Below are positions 1 to 9,188 of a stretch of DNA of 58,322 nt, in pieces; within the stretch, counting starts at the first letter, position 1; each line of letters starts with the position of its first letter. The notes under the pieces are model-generated. The model had not been told where the DNA came from and searched no databases. It was given only the letters and a program-made list of their open reading frames with translations. The position numbers and the translations under genes were made by a program. Source of the DNA: an uncultured Candidatus Saccharibacteria bacterium (lineage in GTDB: Bacteria > Patescibacteriota > Minisyncoccia > Phycocordibacterales > UBA918); NCBI GenBank assembly GCA_964601615.1, contig CAZRNZ010000001.1, positions 251,968 through 310,289 of the forward strand, given 5' to 3'.

Positions 1-184
1 ATGCTGGCAAAGACTTCACATTTGCCAGAGGTAAAAAATGCATCAACTTGATAAAAATACGAACATTCTTTTCCCGATAAGGATTGAGACAGTCGGGCAG
101 TTCCACCAAAGGGAGTGATGGATGATTGTCTGGATTAAGGAAAGACTCTACTGAGTTATTTCCCGAAAAGACATTTTTAGACAT
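1..184 (-). CDS. Partial CDS (N-terminal 61 codons, continues beyond window start): PLP-dependent cysteine-synthase-fold enzyme-like
   Basis: Hand translation from the ATG at 184 gives MSKNVFSGNNSVESFLNPDNHPSLPLVELPDCLNPYREKNVRIFIKLMHFLPLANVKSLPA. The LVELP..LNP...V.IF.KL...P..NVKS pattern resembles the N-terminus and PLP-lysine region of cysteine-synthase-family proteins. It is absent from the ORF track because it is truncated. Confidence 0.4.
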   Translation of the reverse strand, partial: MSKNVFSGNNSVESFLNPDNHPSLPLVELPDCLNPYREKNVRIFIKLMHFLPLANVKSLPA

Positions 185-232
185 TTACGACTCCACGAAG
201 TTTGTTGTGAGAATTATTGTAAAGAACTATCG

Positions 233-1198
233 TCAAGTATTTACCTGACTAAATGAAAATTCTGTATCTATTTGAGAGGAGAGATCGCCAAATCGTTCTA
301 AGATAAAAGCTTGTGAAATGTATTTTTTATGAAGATGCCATATTTTTTGCAATCTTTCATCTCTTTTATCTGGTAATGAATCAAGCTTATTGAAAATATT
401 TTCCAATAAAGATTTATTAGATTCGTTTAGTTTTTTAAAATCAATAGGTTCACCAGTCTGATCAACAAACCTAACATGATTGTCTTCGGTAAAAAATCCA
501 ACCAACTCATGTTCACTAATTTTTGATTTAACAAAATCAATATCTTCTTGTCCGCGGATTTTGTTACCGATCACAATCAAACCGTCTTCTACACCTGCTT
601 CGGTGGCCAAAGTCTTGTACTTTTCATAAACTTCGATACTACGTTTGGTTGGCTCCACAATTAGACAAGTCAGATCAAATTGCGCATGCAATGTGCCAGC
701 AAAAGAATCTACTCCAGCCACCATATCTACCACCATATATCCGCTCTTGTCATCTGTGTGATTTAAAAGACTTTCTAAAATCGCTAAGTTATTGTGATAG
801 CAACTAGCACCAATATCATCTTCTTGATAAGTTCCAACTACAAAAACTAATAGGTTATCACGATAAACTCCAAAATTTTTTAAAGGACTTTCTTGAATTT
901 TTTCTAAATTAAAGATATTTGATTTTCTTGTTGGTGGTGTACTTTTTCTAAAAGTAGCTAGGTTATCTATCTCATTTTCACCGATTAGCCATTTCTTAAT
1001 CTCCTTTTCAACAACAGGATTTGATAAATGATTATTAACGGAAGGAGAAGTAAAGCCAAGTAAATTTGGGGTATGGATATTCAAGTCAGCATCAAAAACT
1101 ACAACTGGTTTTTCTGTATTAGACTCCAAATACGAAGAAAAAGAAGCCGCTAAAGTGCTCTTGCCTGACCCGCCTTTTCCTACAAATGCAATTCTCAT
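233..1198 (-). CDS. CooC/MinD-type (SIMIBI class) P-loop ATPase, putative metallocentre maturation or partition-type ATPase
   Basis: It has an N-terminal deviant Walker A (IAFVGKGGSGKSTLA) followed by VVVFDADLN, the COG3640/CooC-like layout. There is an extra C-terminal extension of about 70 aa. Confidence 0.75.
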   Translation of the reverse strand: MRIAFVGKGGSGKSTLAASFSSYLESNTEKPVVVFDADLNIHTPNLLGFTSPSVNNHLSNPVVEKEIKKWLIGENEIDNLATFRKSTPPTRKSNIFNLEKIQESPLKNFGVYRDNLLVFVVGTYQEDDIGASCYHNNLAILESLLNHTDDKSGYMVVDMVAGVDSFAGTLHAQFDLTCLIVEPTKRSIEVYEKYKTLATEAGVEDGLIVIGNKIRGQEDIDFVKSKISEHELVGFFTEDNHVRFVDQTGEPIDFKKLNESNKSLLENIFNKLDSLPDKRDERLQKIWHLHKKYISQAFILERFGDLSSQIDTEFSFSQVNT

Positions 1199-1275
1199 AA
1201 TTATTTAACTAAAACTGATTCCAGTTCTTTAGTAACAAGCTCTTTATCCAAATCAACACCAATTAAAACTAACTT

Positions 1276-2352
1276 TTATTCAGCATTGTATTTTCCATCT
1301 TCTTGTAAACTCCAATATCCATATGGGTCGAGGTTTATAATATTCCCAGCCTGACTCCACATCAAAGCGATATCTTCCTGTTTATTTGTCCAAACAAAAC
1401 CTTTGGAACGTAAGATATTTTTTAACTTACCACTATCTAGTAGATCGAGTAACTTTTTATGATCAAAAGGCTTGTATGATTTGAAAACAAAACTAGAAAT
1501 GCCGTACTCTTCGGTTTCCGGAATGTGTTGACCACGAATTTCTTTTAACCAACCAGCATTTTGAGCGGCTTTTTCAAAGTTAAAAATATTTGTATTTATG
1601 ATTTTGTTTAAATCAATCTTACCGTTTTCAATTTCATAAATTTTTGCATCAGGATTTAATTTTGTAATCAAACCTTTTACTTTGTTTATTTCTTCAACAG
1701 TAGAGATATCAACTTTTGAAAGCAGAATTACGTCAGCAAATTCTATTTGATCAGTAAGAAGATGAACAATGGAACGCTCATCAGCATTAGATAGACCAAT
1801 CTTTTCATCTACCAAAGTTTTACTTGAATCAAAATTTGTTAGGAAATTTTTAGTATCAACCACTGTTACCATGGTATCTAAACGAGCAATATCCATAAGA
1901 GTACGTCCGTAAACATCTTCAAAAGTAAAAGTTTCGGCTACCGGAAGTGGTTCGGAGATGCCACTTGATTCGATTAAGATAGCATCAAATTTTCCTTCCT
2001 GAGTTAGTTTTGAGACCTCTAAAAGCAAGTCTTCTCGCAGTGTGCAACAGATACAACCATTGGACATCGCGACTAATTTTTCTTCGGTTCTATCCAGGGC
2101 TAATTCATTATTTTCAATCAAATCAGCATCAATATTTACCTCACTCATATCATTTACAATCACAGCAACCTTAAGTCCCTGACGATTAGCTAAAATATGA
2201 TTCAAAACTGTAGTTTTCCCAACACCCAAAAAACCAGACAAAACTGTTACTGGAATAGTTTTTTTTGTCTGACTATTAGTTGATTTTGTTGAAATTCCCA
2301 CCGACATAATGCAAGTGAGTTGCAATATATCAAAGAAAAATAAATAACGCAA
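1276..2352 (-). CDS. COG0523-family G3E GTPase metallochaperone (CobW/YjiA/ZigA-like)
   Basis: It has the P-loop [10 protein letters not shown], the metal-binding motif [15 protein letters not shown], and a CobW-type C-terminal domain. The real start is probably M16 (MSVGIST, coordinate 2307), because the first 15 codons look non-native. Confidence 0.85.
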   Translation of the reverse strand: MRYLFFFDILQLTCIMSVGISTKSTNSQTKKTIPVTVLSGFLGVGKTTVLNHILANRQGLKVAVIVNDMSEVNIDADLIENNELALDRTEEKLVAMSNGCICCTLREDLLLEVSKLTQEGKFDAILIESSGISEPLPVAETFTFEDVYGRTLMDIARLDTMVTVVDTKNFLTNFDSSKTLVDEKIGLSNADERSIVHLLTDQIEFADVILLSKVDISTVEEINKVKGLITKLNPDAKIYEIENGKIDLNKIINTNIFNFEKAAQNAGWLKEIRGQHIPETEEYGISSFVFKSYKPFDHKKLLDLLDSGKLKNILRSKGFVWTNKQEDIALMWSQAGNIINLDPYGYWSLQEDGKYNAE

Positions 2353-2367
2353 GTGATTTGCATTATT
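2343..2367. promoter_or_regulatory. 25-bp imperfect palindrome upstream of the COG0523 GTPase gene (candidate metalloregulator operator)
   Basis: AATAAcGCAAgTgAtTTGCaTTATT has 10 of 12 arm positions symmetric. It lies 36-60 nt upstream of the probable start at 2307. Confidence 0.35.
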
Positions 2368-2504
2368 TATTTGAATTTTGGTAAAGGCTTTCTAAATTAA
2401 ATGAAATCCGCTGTGCTGGAGGAAAATTGTGAGAAAGACGTATTTATCCATACGGTGACGAACAAATTTTCTGAAGCACAAGGAGTTCGTTAATTTTGGA
2501 AGTC

Positions 2505-3410
2505 TTACTTCCCCATCTCGCGCAGGACACGAATACGATCCTTAGCCGGTGGATGCGTCTGAAACATATTAGAAATCTTCTGCCCTAAAGATTCTTTGTC
2601 ATCACCAAATGGATCTGCAATAAATAAGTGTGCAGTGGCATTATTTGCTTTTGCCATCGGTCTAGAATGATTAGAAATTTTTTCCAACGCTGAAGCAAGA
2701 CCTTCTGGATAACGTGTAAGAAGTGCACCTGATGCATCTGCCAAGTATTCACGCTTACGAGATATTGCTAGTTGGATCATTTGGGCCGCAATCGGCGCCA
2801 AGATGATGCCGACAATACCAAGTACGAGAAATATTACTCCTGCCTTACTATCACCACCACGATCACTACCACCAAACATCATCGAGCGCATCAAAAGATC
2901 AGCGATTATCGCTACAAACCCTGCTAAAACTACCGCTACTGTAGAAACCAACATATCGCGGTTTCCAACATGTGATAATTCATGAGCCATCACTCCTTCA
3001 AGCTCCGTTCTATCAAGAATCTGTAAAAGACCGGTTGTGGCAGCGACCACTGCGTGTTCAGGATCTCGACCTGTTGCAAAAGCATTCGGAGCAGGGTCGT
3101 TTACTACATAAACTTTTGGCATTGGCAGTCCAGCAGTAATTGAAAGGTTTTCTACCACACTGATAAGCTGACTGTGTTTTTGCGGATTAGCTGGTTCTGC
3201 TCCAGTCATAGATACAACCAATTTATCACTCCACCAAAAACTAACTATGTTCATGGAAAGAGCAAAAATAATCGCTATATACAAAATAGCGGGATTATCA
3301 AAATACCAGTTTAAGAAATAACCAATAGCAATCACCATCACGAAAAAGCCGATCATCAAAAACCAAGTCTTTCTTATATTTGCGTCCTTATGTGTATATA
3401 TTGTTGCCAT
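2505..3410 (-). CDS. htpX: M48-family zinc protease HtpX
   Basis: It has four TM segments, the HEXXH motif (MAHELSHVGNRD) and the downstream EYLAD glutamate region. The overall layout is typical of HtpX. Confidence 0.9.
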   Translation of the reverse strand: MATIYTHKDANIRKTWFLMIGFFVMVIAIGYFLNWYFDNPAILYIAIIFALSMNIVSFWWSDKLVVSMTGAEPANPQKHSQLISVVENLSITAGLPMPKVYVVNDPAPNAFATGRDPEHAVVAATTGLLQILDRTELEGVMAHELSHVGNRDMLVSTVAVVLAGFVAIIADLLMRSMMFGGSDRGGDSKAGVIFLVLGIVGIILAPIAAQMIQLAISRKREYLADASGALLTRYPEGLASALEKISNHSRPMAKANNATAHLFIADPFGDDKESLGQKISNMFQTHPPAKDRIRVLREMGK

Positions 3411-3411
3411 T

Positions 3412-3747
3412 TTATTTTTTATATTCTGACCAAAGCAAGAAATGGCGTTTTTTAAATCTACCTTTCTTTTTTAAACTTTCTTCTATAGCTAATCTTATAT
3501 CTGCTTCTGAAAAATCATCTAGATTTGTTAGCTCATCTAAAACTACTATTAAATCTGCGTATTCAGATAAGAAATCCTCTCGAGTTTTAGTTTCTTTTAG
3601 CTCTCTAGCTTCTTCTACCAATTTACCTAGCAAGGCCTCCCTGAAGTCGGAATCTTTAAGTATTTTAATCTCGCAAGAATCTCCAGAGGATTCTATTTTA
3701 TCCTTGATATTGTCGCGTATTAATTTGTTATATTCTACGCGAGTCAT
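3412..3747 (-). CDS. MazG-like nucleoside triphosphate pyrophosphohydrolase (small all-alpha type)
   Basis: The N-terminus YNKLIRDNIKDKI and the acidic helices (EEARELKE, EYADLIVVLDEL) are typical of the small MazG/PRA-PH-like family. It is packed between lemA and htpX with gaps of only 3 nt and 1 nt. Confidence 0.6.
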   Translation of the reverse strand: MTRVEYNKLIRDNIKDKIESSGDSCEIKILKDSDFREALLGKLVEEARELKETKTREDFLSEYADLIVVLDELTNLDDFSEADIRLAIEESLKKKGRFKKRHFLLWSEYKK

Positions 3748-3750
3748 ATA

Positions 3751-4338
3751 TTAGAAACTTACTTTTACTGGATCTTTAGCTGCCTGCTCATTTTCTCCCA
3801 ACTCGAAAAATTGACGCTCTTCAAACTTAAAGATGTTACCAATAATATTTGAAGGGAAAGATTGTAAAGCAATGCCTAAATCACGTACATTACCGTTGTA
3901 GAAACGACGAGCTGCTTGGATTTTATTTTCAGTATCAGTAAGTTCACGTTGTAGCTCTACAAAGTTAGCGCTAGCTTTTAGATCTGGATAATTTTCTGCT
4001 ACCGCTAGCAACTTACCAAGAGACGAAGTTAAAGCTCCTTCGGCGGCTGCCATAGCTTCAATTTGCTCTGGAGTAATATTTGCAGGATCAACATGAATCT
4101 GAGTTGCTTTTGCTCGAGCATCAGTCACAGCCGCCAAGGTACCAGCCTCGTGAGCAGCATAACCTTTTACAGTCTCTACCAAGTTAGGAATAAGATCATA
4201 ACGACGCTTAAGCTGAACATCGATATCTGCCCAAGCTTCTTTAGCTCTTTGAACAAGAGTAACGAAGCGATTGTATGCAGCAATCACCCAAAAAACAACA
4301 ACCGCTGCAACTATCAACAAAATAATCAAAGGATTCAT
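3751..4338 (-). CDS. lemA: LemA family membrane protein
   Basis: It has an N-terminal TM segment followed by YNRFVTLVQRAKEAWADIDVQLKRRYDLIPNLVETVKGYA, the hallmark LemA sequence. Confidence 0.9.
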   Translation of the reverse strand: MNPLIILLIVAAVVVFWVIAAYNRFVTLVQRAKEAWADIDVQLKRRYDLIPNLVETVKGYAAHEAGTLAAVTDARAKATQIHVDPANITPEQIEAMAAAEGALTSSLGKLLAVAENYPDLKASANFVELQRELTDTENKIQAARRFYNGNVRDLGIALQSFPSNIIGNIFKFEERQFFELGENEQAAKDPVKVSF

Positions 4339-4381
4339 AAATAAAAGTTAATTAACAGTTCTATACTATGATTATATCATT

Positions 4382-4424
4382 ATATTGACAGTAGCTGTCA
4401 ATATTATTAGGATACTGTCAATAT
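4382..4424. promoter_or_regulatory. Perfect 10-bp inverted repeat plus a third half-site, containing interlocked divergent TTGACA -35 boxes (lemA / REC-like gene)
   Basis: ATATTGACAG-tag-CTGTCAATAT spans 4382-4404, and CTGTCAATAT occurs again at 4415-4424. A plus-strand promoter reads TTGACA(4385-4390)-N17-TAGGAT. A minus-strand promoter reads TTGACA(complement of 4396-4401)-N19-TATAAT(complement of 4371-4376). Confidence 0.5.
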
Positions 4425-4451
4425 AGTTCTTTTTGGACAGAGGAGAAAAAG

Positions 4452-4856
4452 TTGCGCATTTTACTTATCGAAAGTGAACACACTTTTGCAGAACTAGTCG
4501 TCGAGACCATAAAAAAACATTATCCTGAGAGACCTTCGGAAGAAAAATCTCTCACAATTCTTGCCACAAACGACTTGTCGGAAGCAATGGGATTAATGGT
4601 TTTGACTGGTATGAAGTTTGATCTTGTCATCTGTGCTGAAACGGTTAATTCTTCCGACGGAGACAGCGATGTTGGCAATGGTCTTCGTTATATGACAGAA
4701 GATTGTCTGACAGTTGAACGAATACTTTTGGCGAACAGTGAAATAAAGCGCGTCTTTGGTATAAAAGCTATCCCAAGAGATTTTGATTCAATTTCAAAAC
4801 AATTACCAGAAATTTTTCGAGAAGTTCTTATTAGAAATGATGTGACAATTAATTAA
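4452..4856 (+). CDS. Stand-alone receiver (REC)-like protein, probably a pseudo-receiver
   Basis: It starts at TTG, preceded by GGAG 6 nt upstream. MRILLIESE....FDLVICAE follows the CheY-like beta1/beta3 pattern, but the acidic pocket and the acceptor Asp position appear substituted. There is no output domain. Confidence 0.45.
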   Translation: MRILLIESEHTFAELVVETIKKHYPERPSEEKSLTILATNDLSEAMGLMVLTGMKFDLVICAETVNSSDGDSDVGNGLRYMTEDCLTVERILLANSEIKRVFGIKAIPRDFDSISKQLPEIFREVLIRNDVTIN

Positions 4857-4862
4857 ATAATT

Positions 4863-4893
4863 AGGCGAGGAGTATTACTCCTCGCCTATTTTT
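4863..4893 (+). terminator. Intrinsic terminator after the REC-like gene
   Basis: The hairpin aggcgaggag-tatta-ctcctcgcct has a 10-bp stem and is followed by atttttat. Confidence 0.7.
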
Positions 4894-4900
4894 ATATTCA

Positions 4901-4934
4901 AAAACAAAAAGGGCGGCCTTCGGCCGCCCTTTTC
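4901..4934. terminator. Bidirectional GC-rich intrinsic terminator (serves groEL on the minus strand)
   Basis: The sequence is aaaaa-gggcggcc-ttc-ggccgccc-ttttc, with an A-run before and a T-run after. Confidence 0.8.
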
Positions 4935-4956
4935 TTGAACAATAGAATTTAAAATC

Positions 4957-6600
4957 CTAATACATTCCGCCCATATCCACTGCGCCACTATGAGAATGTT
5001 TTTCATCTTCTGGTTCATCAGCAATCGCTGCCTCTGAAGTCAGAAGTATTGCCGCAGCAGAAACTGCATGCTGCACACCAGCACGTTCCACTTTTACAGG
5101 ATCAATGATTCCTGCCTTAATCATATCTTCCACAAACTCACCTTTATAGGCATCATATCCAGCATTACTACCAGAATTTTTAACCTTATCTACCACAACA
5201 GCGCCATCAATCTTGCCTGTATTATCAGCGATTTGTTTTAGTGGCACCTCAAGTGCCTTAAGCACAATGTTGTAACCCACCAATTCTTCCCTTTCTAAAT
5301 CCTTCTTAGCCAAAAGATCTTTCTCAACCTTAGCTGCAGCTTTAGCCAAAGAAGTTCCCCCACCAGGCACAATTCCTTCGTCAATCGCTGCCTTGGTGGC
5401 ATTGACTGCATCTTCAATCTTAAGCTTAAGATACTTCATTTCAGTTTCAGTAGCAGCTCCAACTCGAAGTACGGCCACACCACCACTGAGTTTTGCAATT
5501 CTTTCTTCCAGCTTTTCTTTGTCGTATTTTGAAGTTGTGTTTTCCAACTGACCCTTGAGTGCAGATACACGACTATCAATCAACTGCTTCGTACCTGCCC
5601 CGCCAACGATTACAGTATTATCTTTTGTCGCCACAACACGACTCGCCTTCCCAAGATGAGACAAATCGGCATCTTCAAGCTTAAGACCAAGTTCTTCTGT
5701 TACAACCTCTCCACCAACCATTACTGCAATATCTTGCAAAACTTCTTTCTTTTTATCGCCAAATCCAGGAGCTTTAACTGCAAGCACCGAAAATCCTCCT
5801 TTCAACTTATTAATCACAAAAGTGGTTAAAGCTTCACCATCTACATCATCAGCGATAATCACGAGTTCTTTGCGGCCAGTTTGAGCAATCTTCTCCAACA
5901 AAGGCAAAATCTCCTTTACCGAAGAAATCTTTTTGTCAGTAATCAAAATGTCAGCTTCTTTATATTCAGCCTCCATTCGCTCTGCATTAGTAACCATATA
6001 TGGAGAGATATAGCCTTTATCAAACTCCATACCCTCAGTTAGTTCAGTTTCAATTCCAAAAGACTGACCTTCTTCTACAGTAACCACCCCATCTTTACCA
6101 ACCTTCTCAATCGTCTCAGCAATTTTTTCACCAATTTCGGCACTTTCAGCCGAAATCGTTGCTACCTGTTTTATTTCTTCACTAGACTTTATTTTGGTAG
6201 ACATTTCTTTTAGTGCCTCAACCACATCGATAGCAGCTTTCTCCATACCTGAACGAACAGCCATAGAATTCAAGCCCATTGAAGTCTGACGAAAACCCTC
6301 ATTTACCAAAGCCTGCATCAAAACAGTCGCTGTTGTTGTTCCATCACCTGCCAAATCATTAGTTTTATTGGCAACCTCTTTTACAATTTCAGCTCCCATG
6401 TTCTCAAACTTATCTTTCAGAGTAATCTCCTTTGCAATTGAGACACCATCGTTTGTAATAGTCGGTCCACCATAACCTTTGTCTAGGATGACATTTCTTC
6501 CTCGTGGTCCAAGAGTAACTTTTACAGCATTCGCTACAGTATCAACTCCAACCTTGAGTTTCTTTTTTACTTCTTCATCAAAAATCACTTGTTTTGCCAT
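4957..6600 (-). CDS. groL: Chaperonin GroEL (Cpn60)
   Basis: [10 protein letters not shown]...GPRGRNV...DGTTTATVL is present with a C-terminal GGM-type tail (DMGGMY). I chose the start at MAKQ (6600) rather than the ORF-track 6618, which would overlap groES. Confidence 0.97.
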   Translation of the reverse strand: MAKQVIFDEEVKKKLKVGVDTVANAVKVTLGPRGRNVILDKGYGGPTITNDGVSIAKEITLKDKFENMGAEIVKEVANKTNDLAGDGTTTATVLMQALVNEGFRQTSMGLNSMAVRSGMEKAAIDVVEALKEMSTKIKSSEEIKQVATISAESAEIGEKIAETIEKVGKDGVVTVEEGQSFGIETELTEGMEFDKGYISPYMVTNAERMEAEYKEADILITDKKISSVKEILPLLEKIAQTGRKELVIIADDVDGEALTTFVINKLKGGFSVLAVKAPGFGDKKKEVLQDIAVMVGGEVVTEELGLKLEDADLSHLGKASRVVATKDNTVIVGGAGTKQLIDSRVSALKGQLENTTSKYDKEKLEERIAKLSGGVAVLRVGAATETEMKYLKLKIEDAVNATKAAIDEGIVPGGGTSLAKAAAKVEKDLLAKKDLEREELVGYNIVLKALEVPLKQIADNTGKIDGAVVVDKVKNSGSNAGYDAYKGEFVEDMIKAGIIDPVKVERAGVQHAVSAAAILLTSEAAIADEPEDEKHSHSGAVDMGGMY

Positions 6601-6610
6601 AGAATTTGAT

Positions 6611-6922
6611 TTAACCAATAATAGCTAGCACGTTTGCCTCAGCTAAAACATAATACTCAATACCATCCACCTTTACGTCGTCGTAGCTATATTTAGAAAA
6701 CAACACTTTGTCTCCCACCTTTACGTCCACAGGCAGGCGTGAAGCGCCTGCTTCATTCCACTTTCCATCACCAACAGCAACAACAATTCCTTGTCCTGGC
6801 ATATCCTGCTTCGCTGTTTCAGGAATAATAATCCCAGAAACTGACACATTTCCAGCTTCCTCATCGGTCAGTGGACGAACCACTACACGATCTGCGAGAG
6901 GTTTAATGTTTACTTCTGACAT
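6611..6922 (-). CDS. groS: Co-chaperonin GroES (Cpn10)
   Basis: IKPLADRVVVRP....GIIIPETAK....G.VVAVG is the standard Cpn10 pattern, and the gene lies immediately upstream of groEL. Confidence 0.95.
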   Translation of the reverse strand: MSEVNIKPLADRVVVRPLTDEEAGNVSVSGIIIPETAKQDMPGQGIVVAVGDGKWNEAGASRLPVDVKVGDKVLFSKYSYDDVKVDGIEYYVLAEANVLAIIG

Positions 6923-7129
6923 AGATAAAAAAGCTTATTTAATTAAATTTCAATAAATTCAGAGAACGCAGCAAAAAAAATCAATAACTCCCTGAATTTA
7001 GTTGATTATATTTATATAATATAGGTATGTCAAAAAGCCTTATTTTTCTTTAAAAACATGCTTTTTCCCCAAACCGGAGATGACCTTATGTTTTGTGTTT
7101 TTTCTAGTTTATGATAATATTGTCGTGAT

Positions 7130-7372
7130 ATGGAATTCGTCCGATCGGTCATTATCCCGATACTACCGTATATACAGATAGTCCTCTCCGTACTTCTGAT
7201 AGCAGCTATTCTTCTGCAGCAGCGCGGTTCGAGTCTTGGTGGAGCATTTGGAGGAGATAACTTCTCTGCTTCTTTTCACAAGCGTCGTGGCGCGGAACTT
7301 TTCTTGTTTCGTCTTACTATAGTTTTGGCAATATTATTTGTATTGGCAGCTGTTTTGAATATAGTGGCTTAG
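7130..7372 (+). CDS. secG: Preprotein translocase subunit SecG
   Basis: The protein is 80 aa with two TM segments and the LLQQRGSSLGGAFGG motif. Confidence 0.85.
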   Translation: MEFVRSVIIPILPYIQIVLSVLLIAAILLQQRGSSLGGAFGGDNFSASFHKRRGAELFLFRLTIVLAILFVLAAVLNIVA

Positions 7373-7430
7373 TTAGTTTGGGTAAGTTACTTCGTTATCG
7401 AATTCCTTCGTAATAACAAATTATAAATAC

Positions 7431-9170
7431 ATGAATTTATCGTCTCCGAAATCCTTCGGATTCTCTATTTTTGACCGTTTATTTGGTTTTATTGAGTCAC
7501 TTAGGCCTACCGATAGATGGATTTTTGTCCTGTTACTGGTAATCTTTTTTATTAGTACAATTTGGACAATCTATTCTTTTTCTCGTTCACACTTAGTTAA
7601 TGTACCAGTGAGTGGCGGTGTTTTAATTGAAGGCGCAATTGGAAGCCCAAGATTTATTAACCCAATTTTAGCCATAACTCGTGCTGACAATGATTTAGTC
7701 GCACTAACATATAGTGGACTTACCCGACTTTCTCCTGAAGGTATAATGGAAAACGATTTAGCAGAGTCCATTACTATATCCGACGACGGTCGTGTCTATA
7801 ATATTATTTTAAGACAAGATAAATATTTTCATGACGGCACAAAAATAAAGGCGGAAGACGTAGCCTTTACAATTAGCCTTATTCAAAAACCCTCTTTAAA
7901 ATCTCCTCTTTATGGCAACTGGAGCGGTGTAACTGTTGAAGTTATTGATACTTACGAATTAAACTTTGTTATTGATAAACCGTACACACCTTTCCAGGAA
8001 AACTTTACTCTTGGTATTTTACCAAAACATATTTGGAGTACTTTAAGTGAAGAGGAACTTCCATTTAGTCAACACAATATTGAACCTGTTGGAAGTGGCT
8101 CATACCAAGTAGAAAAAGTCTTAAGAAATCCTGCTGGGTTGATTTCTGAATATGAACTTCGTACCGCTTCTGAATATCGACAAATGGCTAATATCGATCG
8201 AATTATAATCAAGTTTTATCAAAATGAAGAATCTGTTTTCACAGCCTTACAAAAAGGTGAAATAACAAGTACTGCTTATTTAAGTGAGCGATGGATTAGT
8301 CAGCTAAATAAGGATCAGTTTTATTCCGTATCAGAACCTTTACCTCGAGTTTTTTCTATTTTCTTTAATCAAAATAAGAATCCGTCACTTCGTGACGCCT
8401 CAGCCAGAAAAGCTTTAGATATCAGTATTGATCGTGAAGAATTAATGAAGGAAGTTGTAAATGGTATTGGCCATGATGCAAATTCACCAATTCCTACCTC
8501 ATGGCTAGGGACAGAATCATCAAAGAATAGTTATTTTTCTAAAGATGAAAGACTTGCTGAAGCCAGAAAAGTCCTAGAAGACGGTGGCTGGCGACAAAGC
8601 ACAAACGGTCGCTGGATTAAGACCATCGATGAAGTAGATACTCCACTTCTATTAACAGTCCGCTCTACTAACGACATTTTATTCGACAAGATATCGGCTT
8701 ATCTGATTCAGGTCTGGAAAGAGCTTGGTGCTGATGTAAGCTTTGAATTTTACGAACAAAGCGACTTGGTACAAACAGTTATTAGACCAAGAGATTATCA
8801 AGCGCTATTGTTTGGAGTTGACTTGGGAAGATCTCTCGATCTTTATCCATTCTGGCACTCAGCAAGTCGTGAAGATCCGGGATTAAATGTTTCTCTTTAT
8901 GCAAATATTGCTGTGGACAGAATTGTTTCAGAAATAAGATTAGCAACAACTACCGAAAGTAGAGATGGATTGATTAAAAGCTTTACTGAAGAAATAGAAA
9001 AGGAAAAACCGGCAATATTCCTATTTGCTCCATCATTTGAATATATACTTCGTTCAAATATTAAAACTGCGGAAATGAAAAAAATTCAGAAATCTAGCGA
9101 GAGATTTAGCAATGTCGTTGACTGGCACATGAATGAAAGCGGAGTATGGCCTTTCTTTAAAAATGAATAA
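7431..9170 (+). CDS. Family-5 (peptide/nickel type) ABC transporter substrate-binding protein, membrane-anchored
   Basis: It has an N-terminal TM anchor. GSPRFINPILA...DNDLVALTYSGL and the overall length match SBP_bac_5 proteins. No permease or ATPase gene is adjacent. Confidence 0.75.
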   Translation: MNLSSPKSFGFSIFDRLFGFIESLRPTDRWIFVLLLVIFFISTIWTIYSFSRSHLVNVPVSGGVLIEGAIGSPRFINPILAITRADNDLVALTYSGLTRLSPEGIMENDLAESITISDDGRVYNIILRQDKYFHDGTKIKAEDVAFTISLIQKPSLKSPLYGNWSGVTVEVIDTYELNFVIDKPYTPFQENFTLGILPKHIWSTLSEEELPFSQHNIEPVGSGSYQVEKVLRNPAGLISEYELRTASEYRQMANIDRIIIKFYQNEESVFTALQKGEITSTAYLSERWISQLNKDQFYSVSEPLPRVFSIFFNQNKNPSLRDASARKALDISIDREELMKEVVNGIGHDANSPIPTSWLGTESSKNSYFSKDERLAEARKVLEDGGWRQSTNGRWIKTIDEVDTPLLLTVRSTNDILFDKISAYLIQVWKELGADVSFEFYEQSDLVQTVIRPRDYQALLFGVDLGRSLDLYPFWHSASREDPGLNVSLYANIAVDRIVSEIRLATTTESRDGLIKSFTEEIEKEKPAIFLFAPSFEYILRSNIKTAEMKKIQKSSERFSNVVDWHMNESGVWPFFKNE

Positions 9171-9188
9171 CAAATTTAAAAACTAATT

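Noticed and set aside
3380-4344. Plus-strand ORFs 3380..3754 and 4063..4344 overlap the MazG-like and lemA genes.
   Set aside because: The minus-strand products have clear family signatures. The plus-strand translations are Ser/Leu-rich mirror-frame artefacts.
6923-7129. A CIRCE (HrcA) operator upstream of groES.
   Set aside because: No TTAGCACTC-N9-GAGTGCTAA-like element is present. There is only a weak 6-bp inverted repeat (attcag...ctgaat) with a long spacer.
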